Positions 38,609-49,044 of a stretch of DNA of 61,342 nucleotides are shown in pieces. The position numbers were made by a program, and so were the translations under genes. The notes under the pieces are model-generated. The model was not told the origin of the DNA. It saw nothing but the letters and a program-made list of their open reading frames with translations, and ran no database searches. The DNA comes from a virus. Lineage: Duplodnaviria; Caudoviricetes. Every line of letters begins with the position of its first letter. Within the stretch, counting starts at the first letter, position 1. The DNA is taken from positions 1 through 61,342 of the IMG/VR virus record IMGVR_UViG_3300036045_000010; one strand, given 5' to 3'.

Positions 38609-40588
38609 TCACTCCAACCCCAACCAAGCCTCCGGGCTGGTCAGAAGTTCGATCTCCGAGTCGCTGAGGTTCTCGCCGCCACGCCGGCGTACCTGATCCA
38701 TGAACTTCAGCACGACCCGCTGCGCCTGCTTGCGTTTGGCGATTCCCGCTTCGGAGTCGTTCATCACGGTGATGGCCTCCATCACCGCGGTCGCCTCCTT
38801 GGCCTCGATCCCCCCGGCGCGAGCCAGCGCGGTGACCGCTTGTCGAGAAGCCTCCGGCGCCGCTTGGGCGAGAGGCGTGTCCGCCACAGGAACCGGAACC
38901 ACGGGTTCGACAGGTTCCACAGGAACTGCGGGAGTCGCCGCTGGGCCTCCGCCGAACATGTTGCCGAGGAAACCCACCACGCCCTGTTCGCGCACGCCCT
39001 CGATGTCCTGAAGCCAGCGATCCATGCTGCGCACGCCCGTGGCGCCCAGGTCGGGCGAGACCACTGTTCCCACCGCCTGGCTTCCCAGCCGACCGATCTC
39101 CCCGATCCAGGTCGCCGGCGCGGTCAGCGCCCAGGCGGCGGCCCGGTCATAGGTTCCCGCGGCGTCGCCCACGGCGCTGCGGAAATTCGCGTTCTTCCTA
39201 GCAAAAGCCACTTCGAGAGGCTCCGCCGGGCCAGGCGTTTCCGTTGCCGCCGCGGCCATGGCGCGAGCCGGGCCTTGAGCCGGGCCTTGAACCGGACCTT
39301 GAACCGAGCCCATGGACGCGCGTTCGGTTTGTGTCGGTCGACGCTCCGCATTGCGCGTCGGATTCTGGTCCAGCCCCCGGAACAGTTCCTGGATCCGCCC
39401 CTGTCGCTTGGCGATCTCTGCGTCCCGAGTCGCCGAAGCCGGGCGATCCTGAAGAATACCGATCTCGCTCGTCAGCTGGACGAGCTCGTTCCTCAACCCC
39501 GCGATGGTCTCCTGCCGTCTCGCGTAGTTCGTGGAGACCATCGCCAGATCGTTACGACCTTCGGGCGTGCTGAGCTTATCGAGCTGCAAGCGGATGTCGC
39601 GATCGTCGAAGGTGACGTTGTTGCCGTCCCTGATCCAGCCGTCTCCTCGAAGCGTGTTCTCCATGACCGCGGCGATCATGCCCGGCGGGATCTCCGGATA
39701 GGCCTCCGTCAAGCGGTTGAACGCTCCTGCGACGCCGCCCTTCTTTTTGCCGAACGCCTCTTGGTTCTCGTCTCCCACTTCGGCGCCCAGACGTTCGATC
39801 ATGCCGGTCAGCGGCGAGTCGTAGCCCTGGTAGCGCGACTGACTGTCCTGCCAAAGCGCCGCCAGCGGAGTCGCTCCAAACTCGAAAGCAAGGTCCCGCT
39901 CTTCCTTGTCGAGCCTGGCCTCGATCGTTCCAAGCGCCTGGTTCGTCGCAGGATCGGCGATCCCGGCTCCCGAGTTCGTCCAGTAAGCGCCGCCGAGCTT
40001 CGGCAAAATCTCCTGCGCCGCCACCTGCACCCGAGGATCGCTGGCTCGGTCCCGGATCATCCGGGCGGCCTCGTCAGGGCTGAGGCTGTCCCGCGCCGCC
40101 TGGTCGGCCAGGATCAGCGCCTGGTCGTTCACGCTCTGCATCAGATCCGAGCGAGCGTCGGCCGCTCTGGTTCGTCCGAAGGCGTACGCGTCTCGGCTCT
40201 GATCGAAAACGTCCCGACCGTAGTTGAACACGTCCTGGACATGCGCTTGATCCGTGGAGCGGTCGCCTTCGAGACGGTCGCGCCAGCTGAGCGCAAGCCG
40301 CATCACGTTCTCCGAGACATCTTCCTGAGGGACGCCGAGCGCGTTGAAGATGCCGCCGTTGGCTGCGACCCGATCGAAATCCGAGACCGACTGGATGCCC
40401 AGCAATTGGGCTACCGCCGCCTGATCGGCGGTCCGCATGGCCTCGGCGCGTCTGCGTCCGGCCACGGACTGAAACAGCTCGCCGATGCTGTCCATGCCCG
40501 CCCCGAAATTCGCGGCGGCGGCGCTGCGAGCTGCGGCGCCAGCCAACAGGTTCGGCGCGTCGACGTTCTGCCAGGTTATGCGAGCCAT
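38609..40588 (-). CDS. internal virion/ejection protein (N4 gp51 homolog)
   Basis: MARITWQNVDAP N-terminus; synteny. Confidence 0.75.
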   Translation of the reverse strand: MARITWQNVDAPNLLAGAAARSAAAANFGAGMDSIGELFQSVAGRRRAEAMRTADQAAVAQLLGIQSVSDFDRVAANGGIFNALGVPQEDVSENVMRLALSWRDRLEGDRSTDQAHVQDVFNYGRDVFDQSRDAYAFGRTRAADARSDLMQSVNDQALILADQAARDSLSPDEAARMIRDRASDPRVQVAAQEILPKLGGAYWTNSGAGIADPATNQALGTIEARLDKEERDLAFEFGATPLAALWQDSQSRYQGYDSPLTGMIERLGAEVGDENQEAFGKKKGGVAGAFNRLTEAYPEIPPGMIAAVMENTLRGDGWIRDGNNVTFDDRDIRLQLDKLSTPEGRNDLAMVSTNYARRQETIAGLRNELVQLTSEIGILQDRPASATRDAEIAKRQGRIQELFRGLDQNPTRNAERRPTQTERASMGSVQGPVQGPAQGPARAMAAAATETPGPAEPLEVAFARKNANFRSAVGDAAGTYDRAAAWALTAPATWIGEIGRLGSQAVGTVVSPDLGATGVRSMDRWLQDIEGVREQGVVGFLGNMFGGGPAATPAVPVEPVEPVVPVPVADTPLAQAAPEASRQAVTALARAGGIEAKEATAVMEAITVMNDSEAGIAKRKQAQRVVLKFMDQVRRRGGENLSDSEIELLTSPEAWLGLE

Positions 40589-40591
40589 GGA

Positions 40592-41155
40592 TCAGCGCCC
40601 CAGCTTGTGCTTGCGGATATAGGCGTCGGTTTCGGCCTCGCTGTCGCCCTGCTGCGCTCCACGCGCCCGGATACGATCTTCGAGCGCGAGATTGTAGCTA
40701 TCGATCGAGTTCGCGAGATTGGTCTTGTAGGCGCGCTTCTGAAACGCGAGCGCATCTGCGGCCTGGGCGTTCGCTTTCATTCCCAAGTAGAGCGATCCGA
40801 ACGCACCGATTCCTTTCGCGAGATCCCCCATGGCCGGCAGATTCCAGCTGCCGTTCTCGTTCAGGAACGTGTCTCGCATCCCGCCAAGCCAGCCGCCGCC
40901 TCCCGGCATCGCCGGCCCCTGACCCGGGATGGCGCCTTCGAGCCCCATCACGCCGGAATAGGGCGCTAGTCCCATGGGTCCCATGGGAGCTCCCGGTGCT
41001 CCCGAGAGACCCGGAACTGCGGGAACTGCGGGAACTGCGGGTCCGGGTAGGGGCGGCGTCAGCGACTGGCCGTAGCCGGCCAGCGTCATAAAGTTCGTGG
41101 TGGGCGCCGTCGCCGCCGTCGGCACCGGGGCTCCGAAAGTCAGATTGGGGAACAT
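40592..41155 (-). CDS. structural/ejection protein (N4 gp52 homolog)
   Basis: FQKRAYKTNLANSIDSYNLALEDRIRAR; start at 41155 inferred. Confidence 0.8.
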   Translation of the reverse strand: MFPNLTFGAPVPTAATAPTTNFMTLAGYGQSLTPPLPGPAVPAVPAVPGLSGAPGAPMGPMGLAPYSGVMGLEGAIPGQGPAMPGGGGWLGGMRDTFLNENGSWNLPAMGDLAKGIGAFGSLYLGMKANAQAADALAFQKRAYKTNLANSIDSYNLALEDRIRARGAQQGDSEAETDAYIRKHKLGR

Positions 41156-41189
41156 GGAGCCTCCAGGCCGCCAGAGCAAGATCAACGGG

Positions 41190-43481
41190 TCAAGGGAGCC
41201 GGCCAGGAAGTTCGAGCGAGAGATCCGCGAAGCTTTCGATGAGCAGCGCGCTCATCTCGGCCAGATCCCCCCCGACCATCAACGTCCGGGTCAGGAAGGC
41301 GTCGCGTGTCTCGCCGAAGTGTTCTGCGGCGTCAGTGAGCAGCATAGCGTCAAATGCGACCGGTGTCGAACCAAGAATCTCAGCGGTCTTGGCTTCGACC
41401 TCCGCTATCCGGTCGGCGTAGGTCTCGCTTGCCGACGCCAGAGCTTGCTGAATCTCCAGCGTCTCGTTCTGAAGCCAGGTCCCGGCGCCGCTGGTCACCG
41501 CTTCGGTGAGCTTCATGAGGTTGTCGATGCGCAGCATCGCGCCCCAATCAGGCAGGTTTCCGGCGTTCACGATCGAGGTCGCCATCTGCAAGGTCACCAC
41601 CGCGATGACCTGCGCGAGGATCGCACCCCACTTGTCGCCGAGGACCTCCGTCGAAGCCTTCGCGACCCCGGTCATCAAAAGCACTCCCGCGACGCCGTTC
41701 ACCACGGCGCCGACCACTGCGCTCATGGCGCCAGTGACGCCGACCATCGCGCCGACTGCGGCGTTCGTCCCTAGAAGCCCCACGCCGGCGCCGAGGCCTG
41801 CGCCGGCGGTCAACACCGAAAACGCGATCGTCATCACCACCAGGACGATCTTGAAGACGCCCTTCTGATACCAGCGCGTCGTCACGACCTTGTAGCTGTT
41901 GACCATGACATGGCACGAATGCCCCGCCAGCTCGGCGGCTTTCGCCGCTCCGAGCTGGCGTAGCGTCGGGATGTGCAGGGGCAGGATGAAACCTGAGAGC
42001 TCCCCGTCCTCCAGCGCTTCCCGGGCCCCGATCTCCACGGCCTCCTGCTTGAACACCGTGTTTACGTGCTTGAACTCGGTGATCTCGAGCAGGCGGTAAC
42101 GCCGGGCCTCGAACTGGTGCAGCGCCACCATGCGCCGCTGGGAGCGCGGCCGGGTCCAACCGGCCAAGAGACCTGGTGCGTTCGGCATCTGAAGCTCCAG
42201 ATCCGAGCGCACCGTGAACCAGTATTCCCCCTTCTTCATCAGCGGCCTCGACACGCCGTCGAACCGGGCGGCGTTTCCGCTGCGCACCTCTTCAGCGATC
42301 ACACCCCATTTCAGGCGCAGATCGAAATCTTTGAGCCCAGGCATGTGCACCCGCAGCACGTTCTTCGCGTCCTCGGTGTCACGCGCCAGCAACGAGGAGG
42401 GTGGGGCAGGGGTCGCGCCGGCGCCGATCTGAGCCAGCCAGGCTTCCCACGACGCCCGCGCCTTACCGTTCTTGCCTCGGTTGGCGTAGAAGATCGCCGA
42501 GTTGGTCTGCACCGGCTGAAGCGCCATCAGGTTCTTCAGGAACTGGTAGATATATGCCTGACCCGCTCTGCTTTTAGTGTTGAGCGGTATTCCCTGAACC
42601 ACGAAGACAAAGTCCATGTCGTCAATTTTGTTGTGGTCCTCCAGCTCGTCGAGCACGTCATCGATCTTCCCGCCAGTCAGTTTTTTGAAGGCGATGGTGA
42701 CGTTCTCAAACTCGGCGTGATCCCGGATCGACTGGTTTTTCAGCCGCAGCGGAATCGCTGGCACGAACTCCTCGAGCTCGGTCGCGCTCGGGGTCAACGC
42801 GTCGAAGGCCGCGGTGCCCGATCCCATCCGGTAGGTGAAGAGCTCGTTCGGTCCGGTCGACCAAGCCCCGCTCACCGGATTTCGAGTCTGGATCCGATAA
42901 GCCACATAGAGCAGCCGCCGGGCCGCGGGACCCTCTGTTTCTTCCAGCGCCCAGAGCAAATCGGCCGGCGCCGGTAACTCCTGGGTCTCTCCCGGCAGTT
43001 GGATCACCAACGTCTCGCTGGTCGCATCGAACGCCACGTCCCAGCCGCCCTGATCCACCCCGAGATCGAGAGTGATCCCCGGTCGGTTGCGGCGAACCCA
43101 GTCCTCGGCCCAGTGCCCCAGATAGAGCTCCTCCACCTGGGCCGAGAGGATCTCCAGCTCCTGGTCACTCCCGAGCCCCAGCGCCGTCTTCAGAGCCGGA
43201 CCGATCTCATGGGCGGCCACCGAAAAGTCGGCTCCGAGACTGCCCGTGGGCATGCCAAAGACGTAATCGTCCTGAGCCCAGCGGAAAAACCGCCGGCTGC
43301 GCTGGAAGGCGCCGCTGCGCAAGCTGCTCGACAACGCCTGTCCGAGCCCCTCCCGAGATCCCGACAGAGCCGCCGAAAGCGCCACCGAAGGCAGCACCCG
43401 CGGGATCTTGTCGGGATCGCCCGCGAGATTCCACAAGGACGAGGCGACGTAGACCTTCCGCTCGGAGGAGAACAGGCCCAC
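41190..43481 (-). CDS. structural protein (N4 gp53 homolog)
   Basis: MGLFSS..KVYVASS.WNLAGD, RWYQKGVFK, hydrophobic C-terminus. Confidence 0.8.
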   Translation of the reverse strand: MGLFSSERKVYVASSLWNLAGDPDKIPRVLPSVALSAALSGSREGLGQALSSSLRSGAFQRSRRFFRWAQDDYVFGMPTGSLGADFSVAAHEIGPALKTALGLGSDQELEILSAQVEELYLGHWAEDWVRRNRPGITLDLGVDQGGWDVAFDATSETLVIQLPGETQELPAPADLLWALEETEGPAARRLLYVAYRIQTRNPVSGAWSTGPNELFTYRMGSGTAAFDALTPSATELEEFVPAIPLRLKNQSIRDHAEFENVTIAFKKLTGGKIDDVLDELEDHNKIDDMDFVFVVQGIPLNTKSRAGQAYIYQFLKNLMALQPVQTNSAIFYANRGKNGKARASWEAWLAQIGAGATPAPPSSLLARDTEDAKNVLRVHMPGLKDFDLRLKWGVIAEEVRSGNAARFDGVSRPLMKKGEYWFTVRSDLELQMPNAPGLLAGWTRPRSQRRMVALHQFEARRYRLLEITEFKHVNTVFKQEAVEIGAREALEDGELSGFILPLHIPTLRQLGAAKAAELAGHSCHVMVNSYKVVTTRWYQKGVFKIVLVVMTIAFSVLTAGAGLGAGVGLLGTNAAVGAMVGVTGAMSAVVGAVVNGVAGVLLMTGVAKASTEVLGDKWGAILAQVIAVVTLQMATSIVNAGNLPDWGAMLRIDNLMKLTEAVTSGAGTWLQNETLEIQQALASASETYADRIAEVEAKTAEILGSTPVAFDAMLLTDAAEHFGETRDAFLTRTLMVGGDLAEMSALLIESFADLSLELPGRLP

Positions 43482-43512
43482 GTCGTTCGATCCCCCTGAT
43501 CCGGTTCAGGCG

Positions 43513-44673
43513 TCAGATGTCGAGGTTGCCGCGGAGCCCCGTCAGCATCGAGTTGATCGCCGCGTCCTGGATCGAGGTTGGCGGCGTCAGGCCTTCGTCC
43601 ATGGTCTTCTGGGTGATCCAGGTGTCGATCAGCATCTTCGCCACCTTGGTCTCCGCGTCCCGCTGGTAGCTGGTGATCTGCTGCTGGTAGAGCTCCTTCT
43701 GGATGCCCATGCCGCCGGCCACCGTCGCTCCGTCCGATCGGGTGTCGAGCGTCTTCGCCCGGTGGCTTTCGGTCTGCTCTCGGGTGTTCTGGAGCTGGGC
43801 CGGCAGCAGGAAATCGTTGGTGTAGCTCTTCCCCGCGGTGTCGGCCGTCACTCCCGCCACTTGCGCCGGCAGCACTTCCTCAAGCTGGTACTCCGAAAGC
43901 GCCCGCTCGCTTACGAGTTTCGCGACCTGGGCGGGCAGCACCGAGGCGGTCTCGTAGAGCACCTGGCTTTCCTGGGCGGCCTTGATCGAAGTGGCGGCCA
44001 CCAGGTCCAGTCGCTGGGCCGGAAGGATCTGCGTGGTCTGATAGGTAAGCTGCGCCACCTGGGCGGGCAGGAGGTGTTCGAGCTGGTACTCGGCCTGGTG
44101 CGCCTGCACATGCGCGAGATCGAAGTTCATCGCCTCCGTTGCGAGCTTCATTTTCGAAAGCGCGTAGTCGGCCTTGCCCGTCTCTGCCTGGGTTTTAGCC
44201 AGGGCGTAACGCACCTTGGCTTCCTCCACCGCGACCCGAGCGCCCACCACGGCGATCCGTGCCGCCTCCGCCTGGGACTGGGTCAGCATGGCTTGCCAGC
44301 GGGCCTGATCTCGGTTGAGCAGGTACTGCACCGCGGCGTTCATCACGTTCGCCGTCGAGGCGATGTAGGCCTCGGCGTACTGGGCTCCGGTGATGCGGCC
44401 CTTCTCGAACTCTTGGGCGAGATGGGCGGAGACAGCCTCCATCAACCCGTCGAAGAGACCTGAGCCCTCCACCTCTCGCGAAGTGAGGTCCGCCTCGGTC
44501 AGCGCCTCGATTTCGATGTCGGTCGGCGTGGGGATCTGAAACAACGCATCGTCGAAATCGACGATCGGAATGTCGACGACCACGTCGGCCGTCAGCGTCG
44601 CGAATAGCTCCTGAGCCTCGGCGCCGCCGGGGTTCGGGGCTTCGGGATCGAGGTCGCCGTGCAGCGTGGCCAT
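43513..44673 (-). CDS. structural/tail protein (N4 gp54 homolog)
   Basis: GSGLFD.LM..V..HL..EF..GRITG..YA; WITQKT.DEG; five LPAQ repeats. Confidence 0.82.
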   Translation of the reverse strand: MATLHGDLDPEAPNPGGAEAQELFATLTADVVVDIPIVDFDDALFQIPTPTDIEIEALTEADLTSREVEGSGLFDGLMEAVSAHLAQEFEKGRITGAQYAEAYIASTANVMNAAVQYLLNRDQARWQAMLTQSQAEAARIAVVGARVAVEEAKVRYALAKTQAETGKADYALSKMKLATEAMNFDLAHVQAHQAEYQLEHLLPAQVAQLTYQTTQILPAQRLDLVAATSIKAAQESQVLYETASVLPAQVAKLVSERALSEYQLEEVLPAQVAGVTADTAGKSYTNDFLLPAQLQNTREQTESHRAKTLDTRSDGATVAGGMGIQKELYQQQITSYQRDAETKVAKMLIDTWITQKTMDEGLTPPTSIQDAAINSMLTGLRGNLDI

Positions 44674-44721
44674 CGGGGCGTCTCTTTCGTTAGAGGCTCA
44701 AAAGGGGTAGTCGCAGGTCCA

Positions 44722-44754
44722 AGAGCAAGGCCCCCGAACCGGGGGCCTTGCTCT
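44722..44754 (-). terminator. 15-bp perfect hairpin
   Basis: AGAGCAAGGCCCCCG-AAC-CGGGGGCCTTGCTCT. Confidence 0.55.
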
Positions 44755-44760
44755 GTCTCT

Positions 44761-45051
44761 TCAGCGCAGGATCGAGTTCTGCAGATCCGGTCCCGGCCTT
44801 TCTTTCGTCACCCATTTGCGGGTTTTGATCGCGTAGCCCTCGAGCTCCCAGATCTTGTTCCGGGCGTTCGTATATGCTGCGTTCTCTCCCAGCCCTCGAT
44901 CGTAGTTCGCCGGATCGATCACGTTCGACTGGCCGGTCACCACCGCTCCGTTCGTCAGCGTCAAGACGCAGATCGTCAGCGTTCCCACATAGAGGTAGCT
45001 GGCTTCGGCGATCAGATCGTCGATGACTTCGGGGGTGAGCTTCATGGTCAT
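44761..45051 (-). CDS. Gp49-family phage protein
   Basis: LTICVLTL.NG..VTG.S...DP.NYD..LG...A..NA..KIWELEGY. Confidence 0.8.
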   Translation of the reverse strand: MTMKLTPEVIDDLIAEASYLYVGTLTICVLTLTNGAVVTGQSNVIDPANYDRGLGENAAYTNARNKIWELEGYAIKTRKWVTKERPGPDLQNSILR

Positions 45052-45767
45052 TCTCCCATCCCCCGAGCCGCGGCCTGCTGTCGGGCGAGCTGAGCCAGCT
45101 CGGCCGGCGTCAGAGGCGGCAGCACTTCGAGGTTGAACTCCGGGACCCAGCGCTGATCCACGATGATGTGGCCCACCTTTTTGGGGTCCTTCCGGGTCTT
45201 GATCTGGAGGAACTTGCGGTTCCGCAGCTCCTCGTAGAGCACGTAGGGGATGTGATATCCCTCGTCGGTGGCTTCACCGTAGGGGATGAACTTCTTTACG
45301 ATCCCCAGATACCGGTTGGCCACCGTGAAGATCTCGCCCTGCAGGTCGCGCTTCGCGGGATTCATGTTGGCGATCCGCACCCGCACCAGGCGGAGCTGCT
45401 CCGCGCGCTGCTGGCCGCGCAGCTCGATCTCGCGTTCCTGCGCCGTCATCGCCCGGACCTTGCGAGCGCCGGCGGGCGCCACCGACACGGGCGCCTCTTC
45501 GTCTTCGTCGGCGTCCATTTCATCGATCTCCGTCTCGTCGGCCTCGTCGGCCTCGTCGGCCTCGTCGAGCTCACTGAGATCCTCGGTGTCGCCGACTCCC
45601 AGTCGTGCGTTCACCCGGTTCCTCAGCGTCTCGAGACCGATGTTGTTCGAGAAGGTCAACCCGAGCTGGGTTGCCCGGCGCTTAAGATGATCAAGCTCGC
45701 TCACCGGCGTCTCGTCGTCTTCGTCGTTCGTGGTCTGGTTGGCCATCTGGTCGGGCATCTGGATCAA
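45048..45767 (-). CDS. N4 gp55 homolog
   Basis: LKRRA..LG..FS.NIG.ETLR, LVRVRI.NMNP.K, EVLPPLT..EL..LA. Confidence 0.82.
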   Translation of the reverse strand: MIQMPDQMANQTTNDEDDETPVSELDHLKRRATQLGLTFSNNIGLETLRNRVNARLGVGDTEDLSELDEADEADEADETEIDEMDADEDEEAPVSVAPAGARKVRAMTAQEREIELRGQQRAEQLRLVRVRIANMNPAKRDLQGEIFTVANRYLGIVKKFIPYGEATDEGYHIPYVLYEELRNRKFLQIKTRKDPKKVGHIIVDQRWVPEFNLEVLPPLTPAELAQLARQQAAARGMGE

Positions 45768-45828
45768 GTCTCGCTAGTTGTGGAGGTGCTTGGAGAGGTG
45801 TTTGAAGCGGTTAGGTGTGGTGTAAGGC

Positions 45829-45858
45829 CGGAAGCCGGGGGTCATCCCCCGGCTTCCG
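45829..45858 (-). terminator. hairpin after the major capsid gene
   Basis: CGGAAGCCGGGGG-TCAT-CCCCCGGCTTCCG. Confidence 0.6.
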
Positions 45859-45870
45859 TCAGCGTCCGGA

Positions 45871-47310
45871 TCAGATCCGGGCGATGGTCTTCAGCAGCGC
45901 CAGACGCTCGGGCCGCAGGATCATGATCCCGTAGTACCACTTGATCGAGCTGAACCCGGTTTCGCCGTAGGGATCGTTCCGATCGGCGGTCTCCTTGCCC
46001 GGCATCTTGGTGGTGATGACGAACTTCAGCATCTTGCCGCCGGTCTGGAAACCGATCGTGGTGAAAGACCCTTCGCCCACGACCAGCATCGGGAACACGT
46101 CGTAGCGCCCGTTGGTGGCCATGTAGCCCGGGTTGGAGCCCTCCGCTGCGCCCGCGCCGGCCCAGTGCAGCATCTCCGGAACCACGACGAAGCGGAACTG
46201 GTCGACCGAGCCGATCTCCCCGTTCAGGACCGTGCCGCCCGCGCCGTACTGGTGCGCCGGCACGAAGGCGGGGTTGTTGAACGGGTCGACCATCGCCTTC
46301 ACGATCGACTCCAGCTCCGACCCGATGAAGATCACCCGACCGGAGTTGATGGTCTTGGTGTCGATCATCCGCGACCCGGAGATGACCTTGGTGTTCTTCG
46401 GGGTGCGGTTGTCGTTGAGGATCCGGCTCAGCCGGGCCAGGTCGTCGTAGTCCACCTTCGAGGGGGTCGCGCCCTCGCCGGTGACGGTCGCCGCCGAGGT
46501 GGCCGCGCCCGCATAGACCACGACGCCGGCGCCGGCGACGAGGTCCTTCTGCAGCACCGCCTCGGAGAGCTGCACCGCGCCGGTGACCATCTCCCGCGAG
46601 ATGTGGCTGTAGAGCTCCTCGTCCGAGTCGAAGTCGAGCGACTCCTGGGTGAACTCGGTGAAGAAGCCGAACTTGTGGATCGAGCCCTCGCGCAGCACGC
46701 GGGTGAAGCCCACGCGGTTGACGCGCCCGCCGGTCTCGGTCAGCGTCGGCAGCTTGCCGGCGATGGTGCCGAAGTCCTTGGACGAACCGTAGAGATTGCC
46801 CGCGGCCGGTTCGGCCGAAACGCCGAGATTGAGCGCGACGACGGCGTTCTTCTTGGTGGTGGTGTTGTAACGCACCGAGAGCGGCCCCACCAGGGTGAGG
46901 GTCGCGAGCCCGGTGCCGGCCGAACCATCCGCCCCGGCGGTGGCCACGAGGCGCGAGCCGACGTTGTCGTTGATCGCGGTGGCGGCCGCGGCCTTCGAGG
47001 CGTTCGCGATGGCCAGGGTTGCCGAGGGGAAGGTTACCGACCACTCAGTGGCGGCGATGGTCACGCCGGCCGCGTCGATACCCTGGTCGTTGACGTTGCG
47101 GTCGTCGAGCAGGGGGATGTAGTGGTAGGCCTTGATGGTCTTGCCGTAGTGCTTCGGCATCGCCGTCACGTCGGCGAGCGACGTGAAATACATCTCCTTC
47201 TGGGCCTCGATCAGCGCTTTGCGCTGATAGACCATGATGTTCATCTGGGCGGAGCCGTCGCCCTCGATGGACGACGGCACGCCGCCGGCCGGGTTGTTGT
47301 AGGTCAGCAT
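45871..47310 (-). CDS. major capsid protein (N4 gp56)
   Basis: [59 protein letters not shown]. Confidence 0.95.
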   Translation of the reverse strand: MLTYNNPAGGVPSSIEGDGSAQMNIMVYQRKALIEAQKEMYFTSLADVTAMPKHYGKTIKAYHYIPLLDDRNVNDQGIDAAGVTIAATEWSVTFPSATLAIANASKAAAATAINDNVGSRLVATAGADGSAGTGLATLTLVGPLSVRYNTTTKKNAVVALNLGVSAEPAAGNLYGSSKDFGTIAGKLPTLTETGGRVNRVGFTRVLREGSIHKFGFFTEFTQESLDFDSDEELYSHISREMVTGAVQLSEAVLQKDLVAGAGVVVYAGAATSAATVTGEGATPSKVDYDDLARLSRILNDNRTPKNTKVISGSRMIDTKTINSGRVIFIGSELESIVKAMVDPFNNPAFVPAHQYGAGGTVLNGEIGSVDQFRFVVVPEMLHWAGAGAAEGSNPGYMATNGRYDVFPMLVVGEGSFTTIGFQTGGKMLKFVITTKMPGKETADRNDPYGETGFSSIKWYYGIMILRPERLALLKTIARI

Positions 47311-47363
47311 CGAACTGGTTTCCTGTCTTCAGGGAGACGCGCCGGACGCTCGGTCTCGGGGCC

Positions 47364-48587
47364 TCAGAATGCGGTCTTGATCGCCATGATCTCTTCGTCG
47401 CTCATGCTGAGCGGATCGAAGCTACGGTTGACGACCGTGCTTTTGGTGGAGCCAGGGGCCATGGCGAGGGCCTTGGCTGCGGCTCCGGCGGGGGCCTGCA
47501 CACGGGCTCGGGTGGATCGCGTTCCCAACTCGCGAGCGGGCTGTGCAGCGGCGAGGGACGGCGCAGTTGAGACGACCGTCGTCGTCTTCGTGGCCGGATC
47601 CGGTTCGCGGGGCGGCGTCAGCTTGCCTGCGGCGTGGAGTTCGTCCCCGACGCTCTTGTAGGCCTGAATGAACGGAACGTTCCCGAACTCGCCGAGAACC
47701 TTGCGGCGTTCGAGTTCGGCGCTGATCTTGGCGTAGATGCCATTGGATCGCTGGCGATCGATGATTTCGAGGAGCGCCGGCTCTTCGAAGATCGCGTTCT
47801 TGCTCTCGGGGTCCCAGTCGGCGTTGATGACCTTGACCGTCTCCTTGCCCGTGGGCGTCTGCAAGACGTTCTCCAGGGCGTCGTGGAAGGCCATGTCCGC
47901 ATCGCTGACAACGTGATTGCCCGGGCGGTAGGTGGACTCGGCAGCGACGTCCAGGTCGAGCGGATCGACCTTGCCGTCCTGAAGCAGCTTCTGGATCGCG
48001 CCCTTGTCTCCTTTCGAGAGATCGATGAGATGCGCGATCCGGTCTTCTTGCAGGAGCCCGTTGTTCTCCAGCATGCGCAGCAGCTTCAGATTGGGCTTCA
48101 GTCCCTGCATCTTCTTGGTGTAGTTCACGCCCATCTGCATCAGACGAATAGCCTCCTCCGGGGAGGCCGGCGTGAAATCCCGCCCGTTCGCCTTGAACGG
48201 AGCCATCACCTGCTTGTAGAGCGCCTCGAAGTCCGGGGCCGCCGCTGCGGCAGGAGTCCCCGCCGGGGGCTGGGCGGCCGTTCCATCGTCTGCCGGCTGC
48301 TGTGGTGTGGTGTGACCCGAGGCCTCGGCGGACGGGGTCTTTCCGTCCGCGGCGTCGTGCTCGGATTCGTCCTCGGCGTCCGCTTCCGCGTCCGCTTCGG
48401 TCGAACCTTGCGTTTCCGTCACGCTTTCGGTTCCGGCCCCAGCGACAAACGTGTCCGCATCCGCCGCTTCGACGGAGTCCGTCTCCCGGGAGACCGGGAT
48501 CGGCGCCGTCGGCGCATAGCTCTCAGCCGCGTTGAGGAACTCCTCGTCGGACATGGTCTCGAAGTCGGGAACCGAGGGCGTGGTCAT
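47364..48587 (-). CDS. scaffold/tape-measure-like protein (N4 gp57)
   Basis: MSDEEF, PFKANG, LMQMG.NYTKKMQ, PLSMSDEE. Confidence 0.85.
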   Translation of the reverse strand: MTTPSVPDFETMSDEEFLNAAESYAPTAPIPVSRETDSVEAADADTFVAGAGTESVTETQGSTEADAEADAEDESEHDAADGKTPSAEASGHTTPQQPADDGTAAQPPAGTPAAAAAPDFEALYKQVMAPFKANGRDFTPASPEEAIRLMQMGVNYTKKMQGLKPNLKLLRMLENNGLLQEDRIAHLIDLSKGDKGAIQKLLQDGKVDPLDLDVAAESTYRPGNHVVSDADMAFHDALENVLQTPTGKETVKVINADWDPESKNAIFEEPALLEIIDRQRSNGIYAKISAELERRKVLGEFGNVPFIQAYKSVGDELHAAGKLTPPREPDPATKTTTVVSTAPSLAAAQPARELGTRSTRARVQAPAGAAAKALAMAPGSTKSTVVNRSFDPLSMSDEEIMAIKTAF

Positions 48588-48594
48588 CGAGAGA

Positions 48595-48942
48595 TCACTC
48601 CGCTTCGAACTCGACGCCGTGTTCGGCGTGAATGTCGGCGATCGTTTCCCGGCCCTCGGCGATCTCGCGCGCCGCGGCGTTGCCCATCTGGAAGATGGCG
48701 CTCAGATACTGCCGGAACCGACTGATCGCCTCCAGCGCCGTCATCACTTCCGACTTGTGCGCGGCCATCGCCGGTTCGGCGAGCAGACTCACCAGGCGCA
48801 CGGCTTCTTCCTTCAGGTAGCCCTCGTCGAAGACCGCGATGAAGTCCGGATTCTTCCTCAGCCGGTTCAGCATGTCCCGACGGGCCACCAGCTTCTCGGC
48901 TTCGGCGATGGAGATCTCGATCTGCTCGACGTCGTCCTGCAT
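48595..48942 (-). CDS. N4 gp58 homolog
   Basis: NPDF..V..EGYLKEEAVRLV; synteny. Confidence 0.8.
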   Translation of the reverse strand: MQDDVEQIEISIAEAEKLVARRDMLNRLRKNPDFIAVFDEGYLKEEAVRLVSLLAEPAMAAHKSEVMTALEAISRFRQYLSAIFQMGNAAAREIAEGRETIADIHAEHGVEFEAE

Positions 48943-49044
48943 CAGGGTTTTTCCTCTGTGTGTCGTCGCCGCGATCCTGCTGGCGACCTGTTCATTATAA
49001 CCGAGATACCAGCAGTTAGGTCAATACCACTGACCTATTTAATT

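Noticed and set aside
28918-40969. Very long + strand ORFs (1082, 979, 963 aa)
   Set aside because: Antisense shadows of vRNAP/gp51 caused by high GC3; no motifs and unnatural composition.
39270-45567. Short tandem repeats at ~39270-39306, 41013-41040 and 45535-45567
   Set aside because: In-frame 9-12 nt repeats encoding low-complexity linkers (QGPA, PAV, DEA).
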